This document shows, piece after piece, positions 1 to 12,742 of a stretch of DNA of 64,000 nt. The notes beneath the pieces were generated by a model. It was not told the origin of the DNA and searched no databases. It saw nothing but the letters and a program-made list of their open reading frames with translations. Both the position numbers and the translations under genes were made by a program. This DNA comes from Emiliania huxleyi CCMP1516 (lineage: Eukaryota): contig NW_005201123.1 in the NCBI RefSeq assembly GCF_000372725.1, positions 186,001 through 250,000 on the forward strand, written 5' to 3'. Position 1 is the stretch's first letter. The number at the start of each line of letters is the position of its first letter.

Positions 1-112
1 ACCTCTGGTCCGCCGGGTCGCGCAGAGGTGCGCACCTCTGCACCTCTACCTCTCGCGCGGCCGTCCAGACCCATGCATGGGAAAGGCGGACCAAGTTCCA
101 GCCGCACGGTGT

Positions 113-435
113 CTGCTGCGTACACGCTCTGCACAGATGGCACAGCCCACTGTGCGTGCGGCTGGCCGGCTGCCACAGCTGTGACAGCGATGGGCTCGCC
201 CTCACTGGCCCTCAGTCACTTGTGCTGCGGCTTGTGTGAGCGACACTGCTCGGCGACTGCCGGCACACTGTGAGACCATGGGTGTCAGGTAAAACCACGC
301 TACCAGCGCTTGGTCACATCGGCCCCGAGGTCAGATTCTTCTACTCTGTTGATGACAACACTTGTCTACTCGCTGGAGCCGAGCAGGAGGGCCCGGCGCA
401 CAACCCCTGGTCAACTCACGGTCCAGACCCCGTAT
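113..435 (+). repeat. Dispersed ~320 bp repeat family A, copy 1
   Basis: Near-identical to 15690-16003 (+); partial reverse copy at 21289-21435. Confidence 0.85.
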
Positions 436-914
436 TTATTCCTGTGGGTTGTGTCATCGTGGCGGCCCGCTTGTCGGAGATAGCCGCGCAGCGGCTATGT
501 AGGTTATCCTTCAACGTGAGGAGAGGTGGACAGCAAGCAACACCCAAAATACGCGATCCAAATTACTGACTCTGCGCCGAAAGAGCGCGGCCGTCGGCTC
601 GCAGCTTTGGGACGCTTGCTCCAACCCCATCGTCCGAGTCTTGCGCAATCTCGCGTGAGCCCTGCTCCCAGGCCAGCGGGGCAGGCGCATCACATCGTCG
701 GCGATGGGCCTTCTCGAGACTCGAGCCGACGTGCCGCCGCACCCAGTCAGTGTTCCGCCACAATGCCGCCGCATGCCGCCGCAATGCCAATTGCAGGTAG
801 CGCAGGAACGTACTGGTGCGGCAAGGAAGAGGCCGGCCCACATGGGCAGACCTCTATTGGGCACGCCACGTGCACGACAGCATGCAACGTGGCGCCCAGA
901 GAAACAGCTCCCCT

Positions 915-1280
915 CTTGGTCCAGGCTTGTGAGCCATCTCGAGCGAGCCTACGTGGGCGCGAGGAGGCAATGGACCTCTGGCGCATCACAGAGCTCGAGA
1001 TGACAAGCGTGGCGGAGCGAGCAGCACAGCCTGTACAGGCGCTCGCATTGCCAGCCCGCCGCCCCCGCCCTCGCCCCGCCCTCGAGGCTTGATAGCCACC
1101 TTCGAGGCCTCTTGGTCAAGGCTTGTGAGCCATCTCGAGCGAGCCTACGTGGGCGCGAGGAGGCAATGGACCTCTGGAGGAGGCAATGGACCTCTGGCGC
1201 ATCACAGAGCTCGAGATGACAAGCGTGGCGGAGCTAGCAGCACAGCCTGTACAGGCGCTTGCATTGCCAGCCCGCCCCGC
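915..1280 (+). repeat. Local direct duplication (~915-1060 and ~1111-1280)
   Basis: cttggtc(c/a)aggcttgtgagccatctcgagcg...gcattgccagcccgcc occurs twice; the second copy has an internal gaggaggcaatggacctctgg duplication. Confidence 0.85.
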
Positions 1281-1878
1281 CCTCACCCCGCCCCCCCGCC
1301 CGCCCGCTGCAATGGGGGGCATTGCGGGGCCTGCAAGAGACGGCGCTGAGATACACTCAAGATACACTCGAAGATACACTTCGAAGATACACCGGTGGGA
1401 TGTTATAAAGGTGTATCTTTGAAATGTATAGTCAAGTGTATCTTTGGCTATCACTCGAACTTTGGACAAGGGAATGGCCCAAAGAGGGGGGCGTGCCGGT
1501 CCTTGGCCCTCACGCAACGCCCGGCGCCACAGCCACGGCTCCACGCCAAACTCGTCGTAAAAGCTCCCAAAGCACTGCTGACACTCGAGGCCTGGGCCTC
1601 GAGCGTCCGCCGCGGAGACGGGGTTGTCTAAGAAGCGCACCCAGCGGGCCGGATGATCGGGATCTCGGGCTACGGGCTAGAGAGCCCTGACCCCTAGGGA
1701 GGGGGGTGCGCGTTCGCAGGGAAAGGGCTGTAAAGTAAACACGGGTCCCCGAGGGTTAGCTCTGCGCTCCGGGTTTCCCTACTCGAGTAGCAGAATCTCC
1801 TTTTGACCGCGCAAGCAAGATATAAAGGGTGGCTAAGGGCTCTACCCGCAAGGCGCCCGCGTCGCAGACGCGGTACCA

Positions 1879-2457
1879 TTGACAAATCTGCGATATACCC
1901 CCACACGAGCAAATAGCAAAATCCGAATACCGTGCACGAACTGCGTGATGTGCGCCGGGCAAGCCTTCAGCTGGTGCCAAGACATTCGTAAAATTGAAGC
2001 CAAGAATTCTAAGATAAAAGGCCAAGAAGCCCGCCACATCCGTGCTTTCGAGAAAGCCGCTGATCGAGCCCAGCGTGCCCGCGGCCACCTCCCGCGCAGC
2101 ACCGCCGCTGGGGACGACACGCTGCGGAATCGGATCGAGCCCATGGAGGAGGAGGGCGCAGTCGGCCAGCGCAGCAGGCGGAGTCCCTCCCCGCGCCGGA
2201 GCCCCCCTGCAGTCGGGGGAGTCCTCGTTGGCGATGAAGGTGGCGACATCGAATCGCGGCGGACACACGTCACGTGGGAGGAATGGGCGATGAGCGGGAA
2301 CGATGCGCGCTACGACGCCGACTCCGCCGTGCTCGTGGCCGCCAAGCAGAAAGCCGCGCTCCAGGAGCACGCCAAGATGCAATGGCTCGCTTGCTTCGAT
2401 TCAGCTCTCTCGGCAGCAGAAGTGGGGCTGGAGCGGGTGGGGGTGGATGCCGATTGA
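1879..2457 (+). CDS. Hypothetical intronless ORF (192 aa), possibly TE-derived
   Basis: Protein-like composition with an N-terminal Cys cluster; no family recognised. Confidence 0.25.
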   Translation: MTNLRYTPTRANSKIRIPCTNCVMCAGQAFSWCQDIRKIEAKNSKIKGQEARHIRAFEKAADRAQRARGHLPRSTAAGDDTLRNRIEPMEEEGAVGQRSRRSPSPRRSPPAVGGVLVGDEGGDIESRRTHVTWEEWAMSGNDARYDADSAVLVAAKQKAALQEHAKMQWLACFDSALSAAEVGLERVGVDAD

Positions 2458-2943
2458 GGGAGAGCGTCTCCAGCTGCGCCCTGTGGCAGCTGCGCCCTGT
2501 GGCAGCTAGTCGAGGGACTTGGTAGTTGTGACCCCCCTGAGTGAGGACAGGAGAGAGAGAGCGTTTTGTGGTGTTGGTGTACGCAATAACGGGACAGGGT
2601 GGTTGTTCTCTCTATCTCCTCTTCTAGCTCTTAGCATGAGCTGCGCCCTGTGTCCGACCCCTTTTGCGCAGCAACACCTTAAACTTTCAGGCCCTCCAAA
2701 TTCGGGTCGGAGCGTAGCGGAGTGGGCCCCGAGTTTGAAAAGGGCGACGGACGCTTGCGTCCTAGCCTCCAACAACGCCTCCCCGGCGCAGATGGGCCCC
2801 CGGAGGGATGCACAACCGCTCCACGCCACGCCGCTTGCCTCTTCCCACCTCATTTATTTTTTTTGGCCATCCGCGCCGCGCATCCAGCGCGCACCGGCGT
2901 CGCCCGGCGTATCGCCGAGACCGCGGCTGTCCGACCCGTCGCC

Positions 2944-4344
2944 ATGGCCGTCGCAGAGTACGACTTCCTCTTCAAGTTGCTGCTGATCGGCGACTCGGTA
3001 CCGCATGCCGCTCCCGCGCCTTCCCGCGGGCCTCTGCTGAGGCTTGGCCCCCCGCACGTCAGGGCGTTGGCAAGTCGTGCCTTCTCCTTCGCTTTGCCGA
3101 CGACTCGTGCGCCGCCACACGCACCGCCCACCCTAGCCTGTGAGCGGAAAGTAGGATTTGCAGTCGCAGTCAACTGTCAAGACATTGCGTGGCTTGTCGC
3201 CGCACGCTAACAGCGCGCTGCTGCGGTGGCAGGTACACGGAGAGCTACATCTCAACCATCGGTCGCCTCGTTCTGTTCCGCGCGCCGCAGCCCACACCCC
3301 ACTTCCCTCACTACACCTGCGCTTCAACGGCAGGCGTCGACTTCAAAATCCGGACCATTGGGATCGACGGCGCCCGCGCCGCCCGGAAAACGCCCCTTCT
3401 GTGCGCCTCCCCACACCTGGCGACGCTGTCGCTCGCAGGCAAGACGGTCAAGCTGCAGATCTGGGACACAGCAGGCTCGCGCCTGCGCAAATCTCAGTCG
3501 GCGGCGGCCCTCGCGCTACCACTAACCCCCTCGATATTCCCACTGTGCAGGGCAAGAGCGCTTTCGAACTATCACCTCTTCCTACTACCGCGGTGCGGAC
3601 GGAGTGCGGGACCTGCAAGAGAACAAACCGCCCGCGCGACGCATCCTCCCCTTACTAGGCGCGCACGGCATCATCGTTGTCTACGACGTGACGGATGCCG
3701 ACTCCTTCTTCAACGTGAGACGCGGCGTTCGCACTGGACGGATTTCACATCGAGACCTCTTGGCGCGTCCGTGCGGGTAGGTGAAGCAGTGGCTGCACGA
3801 GATCGACCGGTATGCGAGCGAGGGCGTCAAAAAGTTGCTGGTGACCGCCCTTCTCGCACCCGCCGCGCCGAGATTGCGTGGCAGACCCCCACGTACCACT
3901 CCATTCCTTCCAATCGCTTGGCAGAATCCATGCCCGAATCGCAGGTGGGCAACAAGACCGACCTCGTCAGCCAGCGCAAGGTGGAGACAGCCGCGGCAAA
4001 GGCGATCGCGCCGCCCTTTGCCCCCTTCTCGCCAACGGCGGTGATGTCTCCTCTGCGGTTGCTAAGCCCGTCTCCCGTGAGAGCAGGAGTTTGCCGAGTC
4101 GCTGGCAATGCCCTTCCTCGAGACGTCGGCAAAGAGCGCGAGGTGGTATCGCGTTGTGTCCCATTCCCTCCCCTTCCCATCTCTGAGCAGCCACCCCGTG
4201 TGGATCAGCAACGTCGAGCTCGCATTCCTCAAGATGGCATCCGAGATCAAGGCGAGCGTCTCTTCAAACCCAAAGCTCGGCGCGCCGGCAGCGCCTGTCA
4301 AGCTGGGAGGGGGCAGGCCCAACCCGTCAGCCGGCTGCTGTTGA
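2944..4344 (+). CDS. RAB1: Rab1/Ypt1 small GTPase, 11 exons (2944-2997, 3063-3106, 3233-3261, 3334-3369, 3439-3474, 3551-3592, 3659-3714, 3781-3840, 3945-4001, 4087-4142, 4209-4344), 201 aa
   Basis: Spliced product [51 protein letters not shown]...[24 protein letters not shown]...GNKTD...FLETSAK...GCC; exons total 606 nt in frame; 7 GT-AG and 3 GC-AG introns. Confidence 0.97.
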
Positions 4345-4720
4345 CATACTTTGAGCCCAGCGGGAGGACTGCTACATGGCTCGCGCGTCGGGGCACACGG
4401 GGACCAGTGCACTTTGTGCGAAAACAATGCGCTCTTTACGGCACTCGTTACATACAGTAGCGCCACACAGCACATTGTTCCATTGTGCGACAGTGGTGTT
4501 TGTTCGTATTTAAGATGAGAGTAGGAGGAGAGTACAAAAATACCCTCCCCCTCCTGAGGAGATGGCGTGTGCGGAGTGCGCGATGGCCGATGGCGATGCC
4601 CCCCGCCGACTTATGATTAGTTATTTACAATTCGTACGGCTCTAAAACGGCGGTTTTTATACTTTTTTTTCACACCACGTTGAGACGGTACGTTCGGCGG
4701 CTCGAACAGTCTGACGCTGC

Positions 4721-5853
4721 TCACTTCTGGTTGACGAAAGCCGCTGGGTTGATGCCGACGAGGAAGTCCTTCGCCGTGTCCTTGCCAGCCTCAAGCTCGT
4801 CCCACCACAGGTAGTCGAGGGTCTGGCTCGGGGTCATGCCAAGCGCCTGCGAGAGGTTGAGGAAAGCAACCATCTCGGCGCTCACCGTCTGCGCCGTGAT
4901 AGTCGCGGAAGCTGCGGCCGCCTCGAGCCGCGACTTTGCCGTCCCGTTGGCGATCGCGACGGTTTGCGTCAGCTCCTGCTCGGCAACCATCACCCGCTGC
5001 GCGAAAGTGACCTACGGGCGGGGAGAGAATGGAGCTGTAGAGACCGTGATACGGGTCGAACCACCCGGTCAGTGCTCACCTGCATATTTTCCAGGTAGCG
5101 CTGGCTGCGCGTGATGTTCTGCTTCGTCGAGATGGATGTGACGATGGCCTCTTGAAAGACGTCGGGAAGCTCCACGTTCGAGATCTGCAGCGCCTCGACG
5201 TAGGCGCCGAGAGAGTCCCCAAACTTGCGGTTGAGCTCTTTCTGCATGGCCGCCGCGATGCCCTTCGAAGGAGCGGGGAAGGGGGGGGGGGGGGGGGGCA
5301 ATGTGAACGTGGCGGCGCCCTCGGGCAGTGTGGACGCGCAAAGGGAGCAGCCAGCCATATGTGTGTATATTTTGGGAGCCATATTTTGGGGTGCGCCGGC
5401 CTGCTTGTCGTTGAAAAATGTGTACGCCGAGAAGTTGCAGGCGGTGTTGGAGATGACGGCGCGTGCGTTGTTGACGTACACGAGCTCCTCCTCCCCCTGG
5501 TAGTCTAGGTACAGCTGGTAAAGGCGCGCGGGCAGATACCGAAACTGGAAACTGAGGCCGAGCGTGAGCGGGAGTCCGTCTGCTGTCCGCGTGTGCAGGA
5601 GCCCGCGGCGACTGGGCGTGAACTCGATGGTCTGGATGACGCGTGGGAACTTTATGAAGGTGTGCCCAAAGCCGAGGAACTTGAGGCCCGCCTGGTCCCA
5701 CGTCTTGCTGTCGAGCGTCATCGTGATGGCGTTGAAATCGAGTCCGTACTCGACGGTGTGCAGTGTTGCGAAGGAGAGTGCAAAGAGAATCACCGCCGGA
5801 GCGACGACAAAGGCCAGGCAGGAGAGCGCCAGCGACGCGGTGGTGGACACCAT
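4721..5853 (-). CDS. SPFH/Band-7 (prohibitin-like) membrane protein, 3 exons (5853-5401, 5262-5080, 5011-4721)
   Basis: N-terminal TM, EYGL, RTADGLPLTLGLSFQFR, VEALQISNVELP and an Ala-rich coiled-coil tail; one GC-AG and one GT-AG intron keep the frame. Confidence 0.85.
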
Positions 5854-5891
5854 GCGGCTTCAGCCCGCCAGTTCGACAAAAAGAATTCGTG

Positions 5892-6713
5892 TGCGGACCT
5901 TTAAAATCCCTGTGTGCTGGCCAAGGCACGGGCAGAGGAACGAGAGAAGAATATAGGGTGGATAAAGCGCCTGTTCACGGCATGGAGGGTGAGCCACACC
6001 GAACGTACCGAGCGAAGAGCCGAACGGAAGGAGGACGGGGAAGATGACTCCGAGGAGGACGAACCAGTGGAAATTCAGTTGTCAGATGTCACGATGCATC
6101 CGAAGGGGACCCCAGCGCCGGCATCATCCGTAGAGGCACGAGTGTTCGAAGAGAGAGTGGACCTGAGCAACAACATGACTTGGAGGCAAATGATCGGAGT
6201 GGGAGTCAGAAATGTGGTCCTTGCGCGAGGGGAGCTCGATAGACTCGAGGGGCCAGGATATGCAGCAAGGAGGGCGGAGCTGCGCCGAAAGGCGAAAGAA
6301 GCCGAGAGAACAAGGGAACGGCAGGCGGCGGCGGCGCAGGACGAGGCAGAAGAGAACGACGCGACAGAGGAGGAAGTGACAAGGGAGAGAACGACGAGAG
6401 TGGGACGGCCGCGAGGTGGCATGAAGGTTGCAGCGAGAATCGGCGAGAGACTGCGAAAAGAGATAGGAAGAGGCAGACTCCCTAGGGTGGGCGACGGCTA
6501 GCGCATCACACTCCTCTCCTTAAAATCCCTGTGTGGTGGCGGCGTGCCGTCCTCCCATCCCTCCCTTGGGCTGTCTGTTTTCTTTCTTTTCTTTCTGTGT
6601 GCTGGCGGCGTGCCGTCCTCCCATCCCTCCCTTGGGTTGTCCGTTTTCTTTCTTTTTCGTGGGGACCCTGTCCTTCTCCCACCCCTGGTTTGGTGTGTCG
6701 TGAGTGAGTGAGT

Positions 6714-6748
<35 letters not shown>

Positions 6749-6779
6749 TGGTGTGTCGGTTTTATTTATTTATTTATTT
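5892..6779 (+). mobile_element. 5'-truncated non-LTR retrotransposon-like insertion with ORF remnant (stop 6501), (CA)n and (TTTA)n tail
   Basis: Purine-rich ORF; ATTCGTG at 5885-5891 and 6780-6786 (putative TSD); flanks resemble the uninterrupted repeat at 7946-8045. Confidence 0.55.
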
Positions 6780-6780
6780 A

Positions 6781-7143
6781 TTCGTGCGTCTCACATCTCT
6801 CCTGGAGATGCTTCTTTATCGGCACCAAGCACCAACCACAAAAACAACAACATTACGTGTGAGTGTTAGAGTTGTTTGGTATTGCTAAAAATCTCTCTCT
6901 CCCAACCACAGGTAACCAAAGACTTTCTTTTACGCTTGTCATGTGAGAGAGTGCGTTGCGTTCTTGTTTTGTATCCGCTTTCTCTTTTACCCGAAACGCC
7001 CTCAAGGGGTTCTGAATCCCCCCCCCCCCCCCCCCCGCCGCCGAGCATGTGGTGTGAGCAGAAAAGGCCAAGTGCGCCTCCCTCCCTGGAGCCGATGTGA
7101 GCCTTCCCCACCCCCTTCGGACCCTGCAATCCCCCGTTGGCCA
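6781..7143 (+). repeat. Repeat family B (catctctcctggagatg ... ggggttctgaatccc ... gcaatcccccgttggcca)
   Basis: Blocks recur at 7985-8397 and 16080-16460; part also at 19341-19372. Confidence 0.8.
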
Positions 7144-7409
7144 GGGTTCCAACTTTTTCCGGGGTATGGTATGGTAGGCGCGGCCCAAAGGGTGGGGGGG
7201 TATGGTCCTGACCGCCCATCCCCGGTCTCCGGGAGGCTGGGTCTGTCAGCAGGCGGGGGGTATGGTCTCGAGGTGGGTTGCGCGAGGGTACCATACCATT
7301 CCCCGCAGAAAGTCCGAACCCAGCGGCCCGAGAAAATAAAAAGCTAGAGCCCAACGGTGTGGGGGCGCGGAGGGCTTGTTGGCGAGCCAAAATGGTGTTT
7401 TCCGAGGCC

Positions 7410-7527
7410 GCTGCGCTAGGCTCAGAGCGAGTTCGCGCTGCGCTAGGCTCAGAGCGAGTTCGCGCTGCGCTAGGCCCTAGTAGCCCCTAGGCTCAGACGG
7501 CGAGTTCGCGCTGCGCTAGCGGCTCAC
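7410..7527 (+). repeat. Short tandem repeat gcgagttcgcgctgcgctaggctcag (28-31 bp period)
   Basis: About 3 units here and 3 at 60540-60612. Confidence 0.8.
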
Positions 7528-7984
7528 AGATGGCGAGTGCGCTGCGATCTATTTGCGCTGCGAGGATGAAAAGACCCCTTCTAGGAGCCGACAGTGGCCA
7601 GGGGCGGGGCTTGCATTTTTGCCGTCGCCAGTCGCCAGTCGCCCCCCCCCCCCCCCAAACGGTGGGTAGGGGGGTGGGGAGGCTGCCGTGTGCGCTGCGG
7701 TGCGCGTGCGCCGCACACCACACGGCGGGAAACAGACGGCGAGGGGGGCGCGGCGGCAGCGGCGCAGCGCGCGCGCGGCGCGCGCGACGGAGGGGCGGAG
7801 CAGCGACCGCTGGCGCGGTCGCTGCTCCGTCTGTGCCAGAGACGCGCGCTCTGCCGCTCCACAGAGCGCGCGTCAGGCAAGGTGGGGGCCCACACGCACA
7901 CACACGCTGCACACGATTGGCTCGGGAGGTGTTGGGGGCCCGCGCGACAAAAGAATTCGGTTCTTGTCGCGCTGTGCCCCTGTG

Positions 7985-8397
7985 TTCGTGCGTCTCCCAT
8001 CTCTCCTGGAGATGCTTCTTTATTTATTGGCACCAAGCACCAACACAGGTATTTTCAAAGACTTTCTTTTACCCGGGTACGAAACAGCTGCTCAAGGGGT
8101 TCTGAATCCCCCCCCCCCCCCCCTCCCCCGCCGCGGAGCATGTGGTGTGAGCAGAAAAGGCCAAGTGCGCCTCCCTCCCTGGAGCCGATGTGCGCCTTCC
8201 CCACCCCCTTCGGACCCTGCAATCCCCCATTGGCCACTATCGAGACGAGCATGAGCTCCGCACGTGCACCTGGCCAGTGTCGTCTGCCCCCCCTCCCCCG
8301 CCGGCGCCAATTTGCGGAGACGGCGACGAGCGCCGCAAATCGCCCGCCGCCGCTATCTCCGCAAGCTCCGCTTGACCCCCGCGCCACGCTCGGCCTC
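7985..8397 (+). repeat. Repeat family B, copy 2
   Basis: Matches 6781-6837/7001-7143 and 16136-16460. Confidence 0.8.
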
Positions 8398-10222
8398 GGG
8401 CGGTGGCAGGGGGCGGGACGGCCGCGGGCGAGGGTGGGGGGAGGGGCCGAGGGATCGCCCTCGGCGAGGGACTGCCCTCACACGGATCGCCGTGTCCCAG
8501 TACTCACCGGCTTGCCGGGTCATTGTACCGTGTCGGGGCGCGAGGGCCAGTGTCGTGTCGGGTGCCACGGGGGCTGGCTCGAGGGCCACGTTCGCCGCTC
8601 GTGTCGGGTGCTCCGCGGGCGAGGGGGGGGGGGGGGGGGGTCGCCCTCGGCGCGGGATCGCCCTCAGACTGGTATCGGGCTGGGTGGAAAGGCTCGTCTC
8701 TCAGGCGCGTTGGGCGCACCGGCGCCGCGGCGGAGGGAAGGCGGGCTCGACGACAAGGTCACACCGCGCGGAATCTCCACCTCGCCTTCTCTGTCGCTCT
8801 CCTGGCCCGTGCTCATCAGTGTAAGGCCTGAGGTGTCCCAAACCGCACTTATCTGGGGTCTTTAAGCTCACACCGGCTCGTGATGCCACGGACCGACCCG
8901 ACCGAGGGCTCGAGATTGGCCCCGGTGGACCCCATCCGAGGCGATTGCGAGGGCTTTCCGGTGGTCATTATCGACGCCACCGACCGTGAAATGTCCCGAC
9001 TCACAGCCCTCATGCACCAGGTGCATGGATGCAGTCATAATATGTAGGCCTTCTCTCCCACAATTTTGAGCAATAGCCGCACAAATAGTGCTTTTCGGCA
9101 GTTCATCGCGACACGTCCAGGTGCCGACGAAGCGGCTTCCCAGCTCACCACCTCGCCTTCTCTGTCGCTCTCCTTGCCCAGGCCCATCAGTAGCAGGCCT
9201 GAGCTGTCCCAAACCGCACTTATCTTGGGTGATGAAGCTCACTCTGGCTCATACCACGGCTCTGCAGCCTCACACACGCCCGTTTCAGCCACAGACACCG
9301 CCGGCACGCACTCCCACTTCACACATGCTCAAGCACAACCCCACCAAAGCACAGCCCTGCTCAGAATGGGCAAGGTCCACGACTTGGTGACCCAAGTAGC
9401 CTCTGGCTCGCCACTGCACTCGGATCCTCTGCAGCTGTCTCGGGCTTTCCCCACGACAGCACCCCGACGGCAACGCCGAGCCTTTTGACGCCCGTCTGGT
9501 GGGCCTGCTGTGTCCACAGCCGCCCCTCACATGCAGCTCGCACCATGACTCGACACTGGGCCCTCTCATTCCGGTCGTGGCGGCGTGTGTGAAGGATGCG
9601 CGGCCGAGCCGCTGGCTGGCGCCGCTTGAACGTCCGAGAGCAGCCTCCAGGAGGCAGAATGAGTCGCGGTGCATGTCGCCATCGGCCTCCGGGGGTGGGC
9701 CCGGGGCCAGGCCACTCTCGGCGCCCGAAATACTCGGCGCAGAGCCCGGCATTGGGGCCGCGCGCGGACGAACGCAACCCTATAGGGTTTGAGGGCGCCC
9801 GCCCAAGAGCCAGGGGCCAATACCTGTAGGCGCCTCACGCTCTTGCGCTCCGCGTTCGCTGCGTACGCTGCGAAGGCGGTCTCGAAGTCGCCGGACCCGT
9901 CCACAGCCTCTTCAGCTCTTCGAGCAGAGCCCGCCCACGCGCCACGGAGCTCCATGTGATTATCTCGATCGCCAGCTCGGCGAGCGAAGCGATCTTCTTG
10001 GCAGATGCAGTCTCGGCTCGCCATAGTATTCGGCATACACACGGCAGACGACGTCGTAGATCTCTGTGGCGCCGTCGGCTCCAACGCTTCCGGGTGTCCG
10101 AGCGCGCTGACCGCAAACATTGCCGCGGTTGTAGCCTTCGAAGCGAGTGTTGCTCGGGGGGCGCAGCGCGAACCCCTCTGAAGAAAATAAATGTTCGGGC
10201 TGTGAAAATAAACGGTTGGACT

Positions 10223-10226
<4 letters not shown>

Positions 10227-10282
<56 letters not shown>
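10227..10282 (+). repeat. (GA)n microsatellite
   Basis: Direct reading. Confidence 0.95.
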
Positions 10283-10285
<3 letters not shown>

Positions 10286-10399
10286 GGTGTATGGATGGTC
10301 ATCGAGAGCGGCTCCTACACACGTATGGGTATGGGTGTTTGACACAAGAAGAAGTTCCTGTCGGCCGCCGATGGACTCGCGAGGATTTTGCGTGGTTTC

Positions 10400-12502
10400 T
10401 CACGCCCAGATCTCACTGACCTGTGTCCATATCAGCGTGTACGGGGACACTGCCTCGGAATGCCTCGTGTAGTCAAACCAGTGACGAGCCATCCTCAGGT
10501 TGCGCTGGTACTGCTTCCAATCCGATGCTCGCAGCCGGGTGAGCAGCTCCTCGGCGTCCCACGCCTTGGGCATCCGGACCGCGAAGCGGGAGTAATTCAG
10601 GAAGTCGAAAAAGGGCTGGTGCCTCCAGCTGTAGTGCTCTATAACGGGGACGCACCCCTGCATCACGGCGAGTGCCAGCTTCTCTCCGCCCATCGTGTCG
10701 CCAGGCAAAGCGAAGCAGAACTTGCTGTCCGAGATCCCTCGCACGTACTCTCTCCTCTCACTGGTGGAGACGACGCACGCGTCGGGAAAGGTGGTCAGGC
10801 GGAGCATCGCACTCTTGACGCGTGAGCGGATGTTCTGGAATTCGGCGGACAAACTACGATCCGCGTTCCCGAAGTACGTGAGTGTGCACCGTCGGTTCTT
10901 TGTTCCGATCCCATAGTCAATCGCCCCCGCGGGGACGACAATGTCCCTGTCGTTCCCGCTGATCGTCTTGTCCTCTACCAGCGCGGTGCAGTACCTCGCC
11001 GCACCAGAGTGTATTGTCGGGTAGGAGTTAGGATGCAGAGCTAACAGGACGCACCCTTTTCCCTGAATTACCAGACGCGCCACATTTCTTCCGAGCCCTT
11101 CGATCGTCCTGCGCGCAGCGCCAAAAGGGTCACGCGTTTTCTTCGTAATATGCCTCGAGTAAGGGCAGTTGTCGAAGATAACGATGGAAGCATTCTCGTC
11201 GGAAGGGATCGCGGACAGCGTCTTGGAGAAAAAGAGCTCGGATGACATCTCTACGGCTTTCCCGGTCGTGAACTCGCTCCTCCATTTGGTAAGAGGTGCA
11301 GGAGCGGCGGTGCAGGACCGAACGATGCTCAGGGGTGGAGGGGAGGTAGCGATCGGACGAAGAAGGAGGTCCACTTCCGTCGGTGACGGAGGGTTGTCCG
11401 GCTGAGGGGTGGCGGCTGACTGCCGCACAGTCGGTGGCGGTGGTAGGGGGATGTGACCCAGCCTTGACGGCGGAGACGGAGGCAAGAGCATGGTGGCGGC
11501 GGTGGCGTTGGCGACCCCCACATGAGGAATGCAGGAGACCACGCCCGCATTGCTCTGTGATGGACGCCTGGTCGCATCCAAAGGCTTGAACCAGCACTGC
11601 TGGGAGGCAGCCAAGTACGTCGCGACACCGCAGCTCGGCCTCTCCTTGCAGAGGGCGCAGCAAGCCTCCTTTGACGCCACCCCTGTGGCATGCGCCCGGC
11701 CTCGTCCGCCCCTGTCGTAGTCGACGCCGGCCTCGAAGCGGCAGCTGCCATTCCGTTGAGCTAGGGCATCGTCTGGAGAGAAGCGAGGACTGGCGGTGGC
11801 GGCTTGATCCTGGCTGGCAGTCTCGAGTGCCACTGCTGCGTGCGCCACCGGCCTGATTGTGACGTTGATGTGGCGGTGGATGCGCAGGCGGTGTGGCGAA
11901 AGTGCGGCGCCGGCTGAAGACGCAAAGGGCAGGCTCTCCTTCTCTTTGTTCATCTCTGCGTCCTTGCGGTCATCGGGGATTACACGAGTGGAGTCATCAC
12001 CGTTTGCCTCTAATGCCCAGAGGACACACGAGACGACGCCAGAACCGCTTTTTGATGGACGCCTGGTCGCACCCACCGGCTTGAACCAGCACTGCTGGGA
12101 GGCAGCCAAGTACGTCGCGACTCCGCAGCTCGGCCTTTCGGAGCAGAGGGCGCAGCAAGCCTCCTTTGACGCCACCCCGATGGCTCGTGCCCGGCCTCCT
12201 CCGCCCCTGTCGTAGTCGACGCCGGCCTCGAAGCGGCAGCTGCCATTGCGTTGAGCTAGGGCATCGTCTGGAGAGAAGCGAGGACTGGCGGTGGCGGCTT
12301 GATCCTGGCTGGCAGTCTCGAGTGCCGCTGCTGTGTGCGCCACCGGCCTGATTGTGACGTTGATGTGGCGGTGGATGATCAAGCGGTGTGGCGAGAGGGG
12401 GGCTGATTCTCCGGTCGGTCGGCCCAGTGCGCTTGAAGTCGCCTGCTCACGCCAGCCGCCACCGCCAGCAGCACTCAAAGCAACAAGCAAATTCGCCGCC
12501 AT
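10400..12502 (-). CDS. Exostosin/GT47-family glycosyltransferase with two N-terminal PAN/Apple domains (700 aa, intronless)
   Basis: Two copies of CRFEAGVDY...EACCALC.ERPSC...QCWFK 495 nt apart; Pro-rich linker; C-terminal SKFCFALPGD...AVMQGCVPVI...PFFDFLNYSRFAV exostosin signature. Confidence 0.85.
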   Translation of the reverse strand: MAANLLVALSAAGGGGWREQATSSALGRPTGESAPLSPHRLIIHRHINVTIRPVAHTAAALETASQDQAATASPRFSPDDALAQRNGSCRFEAGVDYDRGGGGRARAIGVASKEACCALCSERPSCGVATYLAASQQCWFKPVGATRRPSKSGSGVVSCVLWALEANGDDSTRVIPDDRKDAEMNKEKESLPFASSAGAALSPHRLRIHRHINVTIRPVAHAAVALETASQDQAATASPRFSPDDALAQRNGSCRFEAGVDYDRGGRGRAHATGVASKEACCALCKERPSCGVATYLAASQQCWFKPLDATRRPSQSNAGVVSCIPHVGVANATAATMLLPPSPPSRLGHIPLPPPPTVRQSAATPQPDNPPSPTEVDLLLRPIATSPPPLSIVRSCTAAPAPLTKWRSEFTTGKAVEMSSELFFSKTLSAIPSDENASIVIFDNCPYSRHITKKTRDPFGAARRTIEGLGRNVARLVIQGKGCVLLALHPNSYPTIHSGAARYCTALVEDKTISGNDRDIVVPAGAIDYGIGTKNRRCTLTYFGNADRSLSAEFQNIRSRVKSAMLRLTTFPDACVVSTSERREYVRGISDSKFCFALPGDTMGGEKLALAVMQGCVPVIEHYSWRHQPFFDFLNYSRFAVRMPKAWDAEELLTRLRASDWKQYQRNLRMARHWFDYTRHSEAVSPYTLIWTQVSEIWA

Positions 12503-12742
12503 TCAAAGACCTGAGCCGGTCGCCGGGACGGCGGCCGGGCAAACACAAAGCTGCCTCAACGAGGAGCAAACTCGCCGGCATTTTAGCCCCTGCTAGGAAG
12601 GGGCAACCACTATGTGGTGTTTTAGGTGTTCTCTCTCTAGGTGTATTGTTGGCAAACTATGTGGTGTGATTTCGAGCAAAACTCGGCCTCGCGAGCTCGC
12701 GTCGCCCCGTTTTCGGGCTCCGGGGGCGCGGGGTGGGTGGGC

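Noticed and set aside
7594..8865. Long Arg/Pro/Gly-rich ORFs (e.g. 7594-8865, 62366-63943, 58411-59580)
   Set aside because: Shadow ORFs expected at high GC; they overlap repeats or real genes in other frames.
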